A stretch of DNA of 64,000 nucleotides from Squalus acanthias (GCA_030390025.1 CM059440.1:28520001-28584000); one strand, 5' to 3'; positions 45,284 through 58,855 are shown, numbered from the stretch's first letter. Program-made: numbers and translations. Notes: generated from the sequence alone by a model not told the origin.

Positions 45284-47337
45284 GTGAGGATTAGAGTGGG
45301 CAGTTGAGCTTGTCAGAACTCGTGTGGTTCGTCAAGAACAACAAAATTCATATTTTCCAGTGTGTGAATGTGTCCCAAATAGGAAGTGATATTCCCTCTA
45401 AGAATAAACATTTTCAGTCTAAGCAGTGATGCATGGGCATATAACCCAAAGTTGTTAGTTAAAGCCTTCTAGACTGTGTGGAATATACAACAGTATCAAA
45501 AGTGTTTTACTTTCTTCTTCCAACATTTACTTCTGTATATTCCTCCCCCCCCCACCCCCTCCTCCGGGCAAGATCTGAAGGACAAACACAACAGGTTTGG
45601 CAAAATTCTGTATTAATACTTCAACATCGGATGAGGTTTTGTTAGGCAGTGTAGTGCAGATTAAAACTTTTAGAGGATGCTCTACTCTAATCAAATCAAA
45701 TAACAGTATTTGTGACAAAGTATGCAATTTGTCACAGTTCCCTGATTCTCCCAACATCTAACCTGCTGGTCACACTCAAGACCATTGTGTTGGATCTTGG
45801 ACAAGTGATTAGTGTAACCCAGGGATCATTTTTAGTTTTCTTGGGTTAGTTTGCACAATATTGGATTCCCATTGTTAAGATTTTCAAACTACTTTTCTCC
45901 CTCTGCTTTTCTTCTTTCGTATCTTGGTGGTGCAGTTACATTGTATTGACCACAAAGGGGACCTCCTAGGCAAGCCCTCCAGTACATCATCTATTTGGTC
46001 GTTCTTCATGTGTGAGCTTAGACAGTAAGTGATGGCAAGCTCTTCAATCTCTTTGGGAGCATCAAGGCTGAGCCCAGTGTTCCCCTCACCCAGCATCCAC
46101 TTGTGTGTACTTTCCAACTGGAGTGGGAACCCTGGCTGATTCACCCCCCTCCCCCCAGTTACCGAGCTAAACACTGAGCAATTGGAGCACCCCAGCTGAG
46201 ACCAGCTAACTTAACACAGAACATGGGTTGAACCTGGGACATTCCTGGTCTGGATGGCTCCGTACCAGACTGGGTGGTGCATTTGGTGTATTTACTAAAT
46301 GATCTATTAGAGGAACATAGATTTTCCAACTTTATAAGTTTGCAAGTGACACGCTCAACTTGCATGAATCATCATTAGTTGGTGACATGTCAGACTCCCA
46401 ACTGATTGTCATTACTATTTGGCAATAAATTGCGTTCTTGCAGCAGCCTAAAGCAATGCTGTACCTGTTATTGTGCATCATTGACCCATGTGCATTCTTT
46501 GCTGTGATTCTAACCACTCCTCCCTTGTCTGTGATGCTTGTCAATTCTGTTTATGATATGAGTGTTGTCTGATCTCAATTCTCCAGATCAGTGGCTTCTC
46601 TGATGGTTCAGTGGATAAAGGCACTGCATGGCATGATATTGCATCAGACCGACTGTAATTGTCTGAGCAATGGGACAGGTCGCAGATTCAATTCAGTGTC
46701 TGATACTTTAGCTAGTCTCAGCCAGGGCAGTGGTTGGGGGCATTACATTTGGCCTTTATTTCCACTCGAGTTCAGGATAATATGGATTGATCTCGAGTGA
46801 GCCCTTGGCTGTAAAGTGAAGTGATCTGCCCCACCCCCCAACCCCAATAGCCTGCTAATAATCAGTCTCTGGGTTCATGCACATAGAATGGCTACTTGAG
46901 TGACTTACTGGAGGCCTGGTGATGCTAATGAAACTATACCCTAGCATGAGTCAGTGCCTTCAGGGAATGAGGAAATCATATGTGGTGAATGGAACTTCAA
47001 AATTATGATTACAGAGAAAGTGTCAGGAAAGAATCTAGTACCAAACGTACCTGCATCTTTTATCTCGATTTTCCCCATTTGGTCTCGAATCTGAATTGTT
47101 TTCCAAGCTCTGTACGAGCACCCATTGAACAGCGATCTGAGGAGTCATTTTTAATCTCAGCACGCAGTCTAATGTCACGTCTCATGGGAGCATATCTGCA
47201 ACCACTGGAAACGTCTAGATTTGCCTCCACTATGAATGAAATTGGTTTCTACTGTATCATAACTGATATTACAGAAAAGGCTTGAAAAGGCCTGTGCCTT
47301 CTAACACTGCTGACACTAAAGCACTTCTCTCAATTGA

Positions 47338-47735
47338 ATGGGTACCATAGTGTAGTGGGTTTGTTACTAGACTGGTAATTCAGAGGCCTGGACTAGTAAT
47401 GCAGAGAATGAGAGTTCAAATCCCACCATTGCAGTTTGAGAATTTGAATTCACTTAAAAAAAAAAAACTTGAAATAAAAAGCTGGTAATAATAAAAAGTA
47501 ACCATGAAGCTGCTGGATTGTCATAAAAATGCATTTGATTCATTCATGTCCTCCTAAGAAAGGCAACTTGCCACTCTTACCAAGTCTGACCTATCTGTGA
47601 CTCACCCAGTCCCACACCAATGAGGTTGACTCTTAACTGCCCTCTGAAGTAGCCTAGCCAGCCACTCAGTTATACAACCATCTTTTCAAGGATGGCCAAT
47701 AAAGTAACACCCACATCCCGAGGATGAATATTGAA
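47338..47735 (+). mobile_element. tRNA-headed SINE with a family A LINE-like tail
   Basis: TAGTGTAGTGG A-box-like and GAGTTCAAATCCC B-box; ends GGATGGCCAATAAA...CCCACATCCC. Confidence 0.65.
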
Positions 47736-47779
47736 AGAAATAGTCGGTTTCAGACAGTAAAATGTATTTTTATTATCAG

Positions 47780-47947
47780 GAGTTGATGAGTCAGGCAACT
47801 CGAATCCTGGGCTCGGTGGATTTTCTGGGTAATCCCATGGGGCTTCTGAACGATGTATCGGAGGGCGTCTCCGGGCTGATCAGATATGGGAACGTTGGAG
47901 GCCTGATACGAAATGTCACGCATGGTGTCTCCAATTCAGCTGCTAAG
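47780..47947 (+). CDS. VPS13D: VPS13D exon (ELMSQATRILGSVDFLGNPMG...GVSNSAAK), VPS13 C-terminal region
   Basis: tatcag acceptor, gtacgt donor; 168 nt, phase 0-0; LGSVDFLGNP motif. Confidence 0.97.
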
Positions 47948-48127
47948 GTACGTTACACAAACAAATAAAACAAGCCGACTGGTGTTTTGTTCATGATACA
48001 GCTGTTAGTGTGCATGGATTTATTTCCATCTACTGACTGGAAATTTCCTCTTTTTAAAATAGTAAACTTTGAGCATATGATCAGTGTTTTTAGTAATGAT
48101 GCGTATATAAAATTCACAACCACACTG

Positions 48128-48280
48128 GGGGGGGGGGGGGGGGGGGCGGTGTGGTGCGAAATTTGCCCGAGATAGCGCTCTGCTTTCTCGCTGGGGCGGT
48201 AAGCCCAATTTAGCGGCCGTGGTAGTACTCCCACCCCGGGTGCTAAATGTGAGGCGCTAATTCGGTTACCGCCCCCCAAA
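48128..48280. mobile_element. CpG-rich MITE-like fragment after a poly-G run
   Basis: GGGGGCGGT / ACCGCCCCC inverted ends plus an internal GGGGCGGTAA. Confidence 0.45.
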
Positions 48281-49889
48281 AATGTGTGTACAGTACTTGA
48301 CTTTGCAACTAGGACTGCACTTCAAAAGTAATTCATTAGCTGAGAAGCGTTTTGGGACATCTGAGGTTGTGAAAGGCGCTATATAAATGTGAATTCCTTG
48401 TTTCTGAACAGTGAAAATGCCCAGCAATATAATTATAGATTTTGCCCTTCCAGTCATAAGTTGTACATGAAGCGAGCATTTTGAGCTGTACAACACTAGG
48501 GTGACTACAAGTCTGTGATTGGTAATGATGGGAGCAATTGAAGTAATGAATTAAAAGTATCTCACAAAGTATACTGGCACGATACTAAACTGTGTTGGCT
48601 AAATGGTGATTTTTAACAATTGCATACTAGCACCAATACACAAATAACCTTAGCGATCGACGTAGGGTAAATTTTGTCAGACGAGACTCCCAACACAGAG
48701 GTCTGCTCAGTGGAAACATGGTTCAAAGAATCAGTGTGCCCAATTTGTAGTGATTCTGATTTTCTGGCAATTAATGTTCATTTACTCTTGTGTTCCTGAC
48801 CTTGTTTGCAAATTCTAAACTACAAAGAATTGCAACATAAAAGAGAAGGTGGCTGTAACAAGGAAATTTAAAAATATATATAATATACAATGCTAGAAAA
48901 CCACAGCAGCAGCTGTAATGAGAAAAGACAGGTTACTGTTTTGGGTGTAAACTCTCCCATTAGGACTGGAAGAAAAACAAGCCCCCTTTCTGGGACTGAA
49001 CAAAACGGGTGGGGGGTGTGGGAGTACATCACACTCCTGTTGGAAACAGGCACAATGGGTTTGATCATCTGCAAACAGAACTGCAGCTGAGAGTACTTTC
49101 AGTGTTCTCCAAAAAAAAATAGATCTAGGTAAGTTTAAAAACGCTAATCACTGTCACTTCCTGTCAAACCACTTGCTGACGGGAAGTGAGTGGCTCTTGA
49201 CTGAAGCTGGAAATCCAAAAGGGTGGGATCCTGTGGGAAGAACAGTAACCTGTCATTAAGAATTATCTTTTAACTTTGTAACTAAAGTACTTCCTCCTTT
49301 ACTTGACTTCTCTATTTCATAATTACTGCCAGCATATAAGTCACACCTTAATTTGGAGAGAGGGGTGGGGAGGGAGTGAGGCCATTGTTTTTATTTATAC
49401 AGAAGTACCAGCAGTTTGCAGGCTTCTAAAACCAAAGCCCCCGACACTGCTGCTTTATAGGCAGTTCTCAGTCACATTTTAGAGTAGTCTTGTTATGTCC
49501 TTAGACTGGAACATGAGGTAACGTAACTGGTGAATGATCACTTATACAGAAAATGGCTCAATATTGTCCACCAACTCTGGGTAAGTAATATGCGGGTAAA
49601 TTTTACAGTTTAGTACTCCAGGTGCAGAGTTTCATGAAGCAGGAGCACATATCAGGCATCTGGGCACGCAGGTGAGTGCACGTGATTCATGGCCCGTCTG
49701 GTTTTTAAATTATTCAAAATTACTATCCAGACCAGACTGTTGGAGTTTTGGTTTCTTCTGACAAGTGTAAGAGTTCTAAGTGAGGAGAGTTTGGGAAATG
49801 CTTAGTGGCATGAGATTGCAACCAAGAACTGTCCATAATTTACCATTCTTTGGCACTCCTCTCACAAGCATTATTAATGTGACATATCA

Positions 49890-50410
49890 GTGTTGCTGTG
49901 TTTTTTTTAAACTGAGAGACTTGGATGAAGGGACAAGATCTATAGGCAAGACATCACTAAAGTTGAGAAGAGTAGCTGACAACACTACCTGAACGGTTGG
50001 TAACGTTGCGGGGGTGGGGAGAGAAGCCATTGCTGGAGATGCTCTGGCTCCAGTCATATAGATAAGGGTGGAACAAAGCGAGCACAGTCCCACTGAGCTG
50101 GATAACAGAGCACAGGTGTGTGTCGAGAGGTAAAGGAGGACAAGGAAAAATAATGCACCACAGTCACAGAGCATGTCATTTGTAATTGGTTAGGGCCATT
50201 TTGGTGCTGTGACAAGCAGAAATCTGATTGGAGGGATTCAAATATGGAGTTGTGGGAAAGATGGGCATGAATTTGGGAGGCGACAGCATGTTCACTGACC
50301 TTGGAGAGGAAAGGGAGGTTGGAGTTTGGGGTCAAGGGACCAGGAGGTGGGTTTCATGGACAAGATGAGATGAGCTTAGAGAGGGCACAAGAGGAAATCG
50401 GAGAGAAGCC
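49890..50410 (-). mobile_element. Old L2 LINE internal RT fragment
   Basis: Minus-strand SNLPFLSKVSEHAVASQIHAHLSHNSIFESLQSDF, like the L2 RT N-terminal region. Confidence 0.75.
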
Positions 50411-51046
50411 TAGATATCAACACAGTGAGGTTGCATGAAGGAGGTTGAATAGAATAATCCCCAACTTGACGGGGTTTATTCCAAGACCTATTTCATTGTT
50501 GAGGGCAGTGAACACAAGTGACGGGACCTAAACCTGCTGAAGTACGAAGTAGTAATGTTAGAACCACGTTCAGACTCTTCCACCAATGCTTATGATGAAC
50601 AGTTCAGTGGTGAGCATGAACTGATTACATACAGAAGAAAAGCATATAAAAAAAATAAAAAATAAAAATGGATGGCAAAAATATAAAATGAAAGTGGGAT
50701 GTATAGCTGGGGTACAATTCTCACCAATGTGTATACAGTGACATTAAAAAATGTGTACATGTATCCCATTTTACAAGAGTTTTTCGTATCCACTTTACAA
50801 AGTCTTTAAAAGCAATTGTTTTTCTAATCTTATTAATTGCAGAACATGACTTGGAACCAAGAGCGTTATCTGTGATTGTCATTTTTTGGTTTTGTTCAGA
50901 ACAGTTCGGACTAATGTGGCAGTTCTAGTTCATATAAAGTATAATTGCTTTTCCATTTTGTCACAGAGCTCCACTAGGTGAACTCTCCCCGTTTAAGTCT
51001 AACCCGTCGAGAGCAGTTCAACATATTTATCTTGGCAAGCAGTCGA

Positions 51047-51063
51047 GGTTGAAAGAAAGTTCA
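51047..51063 (+). promoter_or_regulatory. Candidate DR5 retinoic acid response element
   Basis: GGTTGA aagaa AGTTCA. Confidence 0.4.
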
Positions 51064-53067
51064 CATCAGCTGGCTCTGCACTTGTCCTTTTGCTGCACTG
51101 TCTATCTTTTAGGTTTAAACAGTACTTTGATCCTAAATATAGTCACCAGAGAGAAATTATTCCTTCTTAAGACTTCACTTTAAATATTTTTCTTGTTGTA
51201 GTTCACATGAATGTGAATAAACTAGAGGGAGGTGAATAAACTAGAGGGATGTATAAAGATGCATTTTTCTTCACATAAAAGTTATATTAAGTAGCAGTCC
51301 TGTCTGTCACATTTAACAAACTGCAAAACCAGTGATAGCTTCAGTGGGTCTCACCTTCCTTGTTATACTGCAAGTTGTAAATTATGTGGAAATTGATTTA
51401 AAAACACTGATAGGAAGGAAAAGCAACAAGATTTTTACACTTTTCCCTGATACAAGTGTATTCTGAATACAAGCATTGTATCTTCACCTATAATTTCTAA
51501 GCTGTATTGTAATAAGTGTCCAGGATTGTGATGTTATTGGAAAAAATAATTAGCTTTCAAGTGCTAAAAGTGTTAAGCAAGATTGTCTGACTCCATCTGT
51601 GTGATGAACAAGCAGCTGCCCAGTTTTATGCAGGGATCTGCAGATGTTCCATTTTACATGGTTTTAGGTTGCATCCAAAATAATTTACAGCACCCTGTTT
51701 GTACCACAGTGCATCGAAAGGTCACTTGGAAACTTTTATCCCTTATTTGCAAATTATTTGTCCAAATTTTTGTAACCTGACCAATCCAGTACGGTTATAT
51801 GTGAAGATGCAATGATGTTATTCAGAATTGCCGCAACAAATGTTTAATCAACAATAGTGTAAAACTCTCGTTACTTTTCTTTTATCTGATTCTGCTAACT
51901 TTGTCCTGTAAATGTTGTACTCTGTAGACTAGTGGAGAAATCAACTTTCCCAAAACAATTTTGATGCAGTTTATAATTTACAACCTGCTGGATCTTGGGG
52001 GAGATGAGGAGCAGAGATTTTTGCAGCCATAAAGTCTTCCAGGGTGGGAAGGGTCCTACTGGCTGGAGTATGTCCGTTTGCACTCACATTAGTGTTGTTC
52101 TCATAATAAAGCCATCCTGAGCTGTTGTGTGAGGATGCATTTTTTATGCTGGATGTTTACTGACAGAACTTCTTCGTGCTATTTTATAATGTGAATTATC
52201 AATTGCTGGGAACGTTGCATCGATAGTGTTTTGCTATTTGTTAACGAGTGCTAACAGGACTTAATATTTTAACTGAATAACAAAATTATACGAATGTCTG
52301 TATATACCCTTGAAAAATGTTTGTGGTTTTATTGACATAATATGGGAGGAAGACAGTTTTCTTTTGCAGGAGGGCAGTTAAACTTTGTTGCAAATGACCT
52401 GGTAAAGAAATTGATAAAAACTAAACCGTGCAAGTGATAGAAATCTGATCAAAAGCAGAATGTTTTGCACATGTGCTGCAGGTCAGTCAGCATCTGAAAG
52501 AGAAGTGTTAACATTTGGGGTATGATTCATTCTTTATGAAAGGCTGCACCCGAGATATTAATCTTTCAGATGCTACTTGACCTGTGAATTTTCTGTTCTT
52601 AAGCATTAATGCAAAGGGAATGCAGGTTCCAGCCATTGGGTGGATTCGATAAGATGCTTTTATACTGCTGTGCTGCCACTGCCTCTGGATACACTGGTCT
52701 CAAGCAGCCTGTGGCAACTTCAGAATAGGTTTACTCCTATGGTGTGAGCCCCATGCATTGGGAGCCGGTGGCACTACCACGGTACTTAACCCAATTTAAA
52801 AGTAGCTATAGCGAACCAAGCTGAGTTTCCAGGAACCCAAAAACTGTGAACGCAGACAGCCAGCCCTGTGCATTTTGCTCTGTGAAAGTGAGCCTAGCAC
52901 GCCTTCAGAAACTGGCTCTCCAGTCAAAGTGGGAGAGTGGCACACCGGCATTTCTCTTCCCAAACAGGATGCTGGAAGAGCACCTTAAGGAGCTTGTTTT
53001 TGCCCAGGTTTTAAATGTCTCTCTCAACTAATGTTGTTCCAATAGAAAATGATTGAGCTTATTCGAT

Positions 53068-53164
53068 AGGGCAAATTTTATGGGGCTGTATTCCCAGTCC
53101 GGAGCCTCATTTGATGAGAGTGCTGGCCTCTACATTGGGGACACAGCATCACAAAATTTACCCT
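53068..53164. mobile_element. Small palindromic MITE
   Basis: AGGGCAAATTTT / AAAATTTACCCT ends, with internal GCTGTATTCCCA / TGGGGACACAGC pairing. Confidence 0.55.
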
Positions 53165-53502
53165 CCTATATGTCAGACTCCATCACCAGAATTGTCAAAT
53201 TTAATTTTTAATGGTGAGGAATACCAGCTTGAACTGTAATCTACATAGCAGAATGTTGCTGTGAACTGTATTTTGCATCTTTAATTCCACTTTACTGAGT
53301 GTTTATTTAATTTAAAAAGGCACTTCTCATTGACTTAAGTAGGATGTTCTGTTCTCTTTCTTGTAACTGGTAGTGTGCTACTGTCGGACTAAAATGGTTG
53401 GTCTGTTTGAAGTGCTTGTTGTTACCCAGGGACAGAGTATCACATCTATGTAACAAACTGTGGCTGCCCTCTGGATGAACCTGCGAAGGAAGCCAGCATT
53501 TG

Positions 53503-53519
53503 GGGTCATTCCAAGTTCA
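53503..53519 (+). promoter_or_regulatory. Consensus DR5 retinoic acid response element
   Basis: GGGTCA ttcca AGTTCA, an exact RGKTCA-N5-RGKTCA match. Confidence 0.5.
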
Positions 53520-55113
53520 CAGTGTGGACTTTTGACTGTCCTGTGTATGAACCGGTTTGGGGACCCCTACAGGGATCAGTCACTCAGGCCAGTAACACAA
53601 ACCAATTTCCATTCGGCATCTGCGGGGGCAAATCCACAGGGGTTGCTCGAGGGAGCTACCAACCTAATCAGGCATCTGTGGAGACAGCCCAGAGGGGGGC
53701 CCACTGGACTACCCAGCTAATCAGACATCCACACAGACAGCCCAGTAGGGAGTTTGCTCCCAGGTTAAATCGCCAATGTGCTATTGTCAGAATGCATTAC
53801 TGCCCCAAGCTAACGACAAGAGGGGGAGCTGATTAAGGGCTGGAGCTCAGAGAATGTGACAGCAAGAATAACAGAGTCCTCAGGACCCTGCAAATAGCCA
53901 CACGTTTGTTCAGTCATGCTCAGGAAAAACAGCAACTGGACCATTTGTTTTCTGTTACGTTAGAAAAGAGCTCAAACCTTGCTCAGCCAAATGTCCACTG
54001 ATGCCTTCTGTATGTTCCAGAACTGCTCCAGCGGGCACTGTGAACTGCCCAATTAATACTGCAAGGCTGATTCCACAGCATCAATCTCACACTGAAACAT
54101 TAACTATCTTTTGCATGTATAGTCGTTTGAAAGTCAGATTTGCCCATTTTGTTGCTGTTCAGTGTTTCCCAGGTGCCTGGAGAGGTCTAAGCAGGTCACC
54201 AAGCAGAAAGTGTAATGTTGTCCTGTGTGGGCTTATGCACAGCCAGAAAGAATGGTAGGCAGCAGCTGTTTGTTTACATTTGCCATTGCTGTGTGGCTGC
54301 CTCCCTGGGATAATTGCTTTTTAAGGTTTTCTGTTGATCTGGAGGCAGCAGGCTTACCGTCCTGAAGTTGGGTCCGCCACCAGCCACATTACTGCAATGT
54401 GAAGGGGCAGTAGAGTGAGCAATGTGCTACTGTCCTGCAAGGGCAGGGCGCAGACACAAAACGGCAGCAAAAGGCGGCGGTTTACATTTGCATCTGGGAG
54501 ACCCTTGGGAAAACTGAGGGGGTTCTTGGCTGCTGCAGATGCAATGTTGCCAATGTTTTTTACCAGATCTTCCCAGCCGCTGGCCTTGGTGCAAACAGCA
54601 AATAAACATTAGGGTTGCCGCCGGCCCTACAGCACAACAGCCCAATGCCCCACTGAACCCTATTTCAAAGCCGCTTTCGTGTTTGCGTTGCCCTGACCCA
54701 CTTCACATGCTGAATGGTATTAAATTACCAGCAGGACAGCATGGTTCCCCCTGGGGCAGAAAGTGACTGGAGAATTACATTCAAATATTTACTCACATAT
54801 CATCACACATCACATTTCAGCAGAAGATTTAAACTCAGCATGAAGAGATGGAAGATTTTTACCCCAGACTAAGTCCAAAGTAAATAATTTTTGCTGTGCT
54901 TACACTTGTGGAGAATTGGCAACAAATGCTGACTTGTCATTGCTGATTGTCACATTTCGGGATTTCTTGACCATTTTTGCACAAAGGCTTTGGAAAATAG
55001 TTACATTTAAAGCAAAGTATATTCACACACAAGTACATTTTTAAAGGCATTGAGGCGAAAGGTGGTTAAAATGCAAACTTTCCCCAAAGATTTCAAACAT
55101 TAAGCAACTCATT

Positions 55114-55177
55114 ACCCTGTCTCTGTAATCAATAACATCTCACACCCTGTCTTTATAATCAATAACATCTCATACCC
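55114..55177. repeat. 30-bp tandem duplication
   Basis: ACCCTGTCT(C/T)T(G/A)TAATCAATAACATCTCA x2. Confidence 0.9.
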
Positions 55178-56873
55178 ATTGTGTTGGTCCCTGGTCCTCG
55201 GTGCTAGGTAGGGGATGACCGACACAAGCCCTCTCCAGTTGTGAACACAGAGATAAAAGATAGGGCAGAGAGACACACAAGCCATCAGTTTCTTAAAACA
55301 GATAGCTTTGAGAGCAAGCTTTGGGCAGGCTTGGAAGGAAAATGCAGAGGATGCTTAGTAGCAATTTTGTCTAAGTCAAGCAAGACAACCCACTGATGTG
55401 GGGAACTATAGTATGTCCATTATTTTTATATTACACAAAGACAAGTTGTAATGATTGATCAAACTATTGCTCTGTATCATCACTTACTGTGAAATCAGCT
55501 TAGCAATTCATATCTGGCAGTGTCTTACCAGGTGTTTTCTCAATCTGCTTTTTAGAAGATTGGGGAGACACAAGTGGGCATGAATATCTGGTTCAGATCA
55601 TAAAGGGGCACCATTGATATGCCCCTGAACTATGCTATGGTATAATTTAGTTATTGGCCAGTGTGAGTCTATTCTGACACTCAAGGAATGAGGGAATCAC
55701 TTATGGGAGTGGTTCAATTATTGGACATGTGGGTCTGGGACTAATTGGAAGAATTTTTCTGTAATCTTAAGGACAGGTGATCTTGTCTTTCCGCGACGTC
55801 TTGATGGTTGTTCAGGGAGTGTGCAGACCCCAAGTAAGTCTGCTAGTGGGTATTCAAGAAGTGAAAAAAAGTTAGGGAGTATTTCGACCAGTCTTCATGT
55901 TGATGCTGCACAAGGTTGACGGATGATTGATAACATTTGAATAACGAGGAGGGTCTGTTGCATTGCTGTCCCTCACACTGAGTGATGGTTAGCATGCCCG
56001 CTGCTGTTAATGTGGCTTATGTCAGCAGCTCAGTGCAGGCAGGTTTGTCCCACTCAAAGTGCAGCAGTGCACTACATCAGAAGGCTTAATAGTTTTTTAC
56101 TCAGTGAGCAAGCCTTCTAGCTATTGGGGAAGGTATGGCAGGCAGATACCAAGTCAAAGAGCGCAGCTTTAAAATAACTACATGGGCAGTTGTTTTTCCT
56201 GTTACTTTGGATGCAACCCCAATATAAATGGGGCAGATTACAGAGCACTGGGACCTGGAGACACAACTATAGGATCATTTCCTGAAGCAGTTCTACAATA
56301 TAAAAGTGGCTTTAATTAAGTATTGCCTTGTTTGGAATGCTGCTAATAGGGGACGAGATGAGAACTGGATACAAGTTATTTCAGTGAAAATGTTTGCTAC
56401 TCCATGGACAAGTATCACCTTCACTGCTTTCTTTCCAACGACCCCCACCCCCATTGCAAAGAATATAATTGAATTTATGGGAGGTGTATTGAGAGAGAAT
56501 ACGGCTTTGGAAGCCCTGAAGCTAAATGGCGAAAGCATTCACTGTTCTGGTTCAAGGCATCTGATACATTTTTAGATGCTTATGTTGTGGCACCAGTTTC
56601 AGGCGAGCACCCCTACATTGAATTGCTGGAACCACTCTTTCCATTTCCATTTCCGCCCTGTGCCGTTTTCCATTGGACACTAGCCAAAAGTGGAGCCAAC
56701 ACATCCAGCAGTAATTCACGGGACCGAATAGTGGGTCTACAGTTGCCGCCTTGGGTAAGAGACCTGTGAAACCATGGGGAGTCGGTGGAAAGATAGCAAT
56801 CTCCCATAATCCAACCTGAATTCTTTCAGTATAAAGGTGCCTTTGAGTCTTCCTTGGCTATCTATCTATCATG

Positions 56874-57095
56874 AGCTGCTTTTATATTGGTGTCAGTGGG
56901 GTTTCTGCCCAAGGCGCAGGTCTTGTACAGCCAGCAGTAACTCTCTCATGAGCTCAGTAAACCATTTTTTTAACTAGATCTTCCCAGTTTAGTGAATCCA
57001 GCATGATTTTGAGATTACCAGTAGCTGCACAATGGCCATGCTTAGAGACCATGTCACTAACATCCCCACTGACACCAATATTAAAAAAGCAGCTG
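56874..57095. mobile_element. MITE with roughly 28-bp TIRs, possibly Tc1/mariner-type
   Basis: Perfect 18-bp ATATTGGTGTCAGTGGGG / CCCCACTGACACCAATAT plus AGCTGCTTTT / AAAAGCAGCT; the right end abuts TA. Confidence 0.6.
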
Positions 57096-57584
57096 TATTA
57101 TCTGGAAGCTGTAGGACACAGCTTTATCATTTAGGCCTTTAAGTGGAATTATTAAAGCAGTCATTCTTTTTCTAAAGGGGGCTATTTTTGGGAAAATTTG
57201 GAATTTATACAGGCATCTGGGTGTGAAGCTGTGTGCTAGTGCCCCTTGGTAAGGCATGGTGCAGTGCTGTCATTCTGTAATCAGCATGCAATTTTTATCC
57301 TGCTTTCTCTGGAAGTAATTTTATATATGAACCAGGTAATGTGGGAGAAAAAATCCAGTTAATTCACAGTATCCATGCAATCCTGTTATCAGCTGTAGGA
57401 AATAATGTGTTTGAAGCTTCATGTTTTTGCACTCACTGTTTCTCTCCACCCCCCAAGACACTGATCATTTCAAGTGAGCATTGCATGTTGTTGACTGGAA
57501 AAGCTGCTAATTGTTTTTCTGTGCTGACATCCTGCATGTGTCTAAATGGGTCAAAACAAATAAACCCCCAGGGATAGATGGTAT

Positions 57585-58855
57585 TTATCCCAGAGTTCTG
57601 AGAGACTGGAGAGGAGATTTGTGAGACTGACAGTAATTATGAAGGAGTTAGTGGACAATTTGGAATTACTAGTACATTGGAAACGGGTTCATACGGTGCC
57701 CATTAGTCTTACTACCATTCCATGTAAAATAATAGAATTGATTATCAGGAGTAAACTTGAGGATCATTTGTACAATAACCTAGTTAACACAGTAGTCATA
57801 GTTTTAGAAGGTGAAAATCCTGACTGACCAATGTCCCTGACTTCTTTGAAGCAGCGAGAACCCACGTAGACTGTGTTAGTTCTATGACATGGCGTACCTC
57901 GACTTCCAAAAGGCTCTTGATAAAGTGTCACATGAAAGTCTATTCATTAAACTCAAAGCTGTTAACCTGGGAAATGATAAGAAACTGGCTGACGGGTATT
58001 AGACTTGTGTCAAAGTTGAAAGGAAGTAGTGAGTGAGGTGCTTTAGGGCTCGGTACTGGGACTATTTCTAATTTATATAAATGACCTAGAATGAGAAATT
58101 CCATGGCAAGTGGTCAAATTTGCAGATGATGCCAAATTCGATGGGGCAGTGGAATCGGCTTAGATATTGCAGAATGAGTTGGACAAGATATGCAAGTGGG
58201 CAGAGCAATTCAGTGCAGACAAGTGGAAAAAATGATGGCATGCATACTCTATGAATTATGTTGAAACAGCTAAAGATAAAGCTGGAAAAGTAATAGACTT
58301 GGCACTAAACATGTCCAACCAATGCAGACAAACAAAGGATGTTGAACTACATAGCGATCAAACTTTATAGTGCCCTGGTCAGACTACACCTTGAATACTG
58401 CATCCAGTTTGGTTGCCAAGAAACGAGAGGCGTTCAAGTGCTGGAGGTGGGGGGAGAGATGATCCACAAGGCAGATCCCTAGTGTCAAGGGTCTGAGCTA
58501 TGAGGAAAGACTTGGGCCTTTTAGCCTAGAAAGAAGGCATGTGAGATATAGGATTGTTATGGGTATAGAGAAAGTTACCCTGGAATGTTACTTGAAAATA
58601 AACTGCAAGTGTAGAACTAGAGGACACAGGTTCAAACTAGTAAACAGTAATTTTAGAACTAATATCAGGAAATTCTTCACACACACTGATCAATGTATGC
58701 ATTAAATTCAAGGTTAGAGTAGTGAGTCAAAATCCCTAGAATCCATTTAAAAAACAATTGGATGCTACATTGGGGTGACGTTAGGATCTCTCTGCATGGA
58801 TGAATTAAGATGAGCCAAAAGGCCTTCCTCATCCATAATTGTGTTGTGATCTTGT
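57585..58855 (+). mobile_element. Old CR1 LINE RT and 3' fragment
   Basis: Degenerate YLDFQKA.DKV.H, YINDL, KFADDAK and TRGH.FKL motifs plus 3' UTR. Confidence 0.85.

Noticed and set aside
51213-51249. 19-bp tandem duplication GTGAATAAACTAGAGGGAG
   Set aside because: An ordinary slippage duplication with no further structure.
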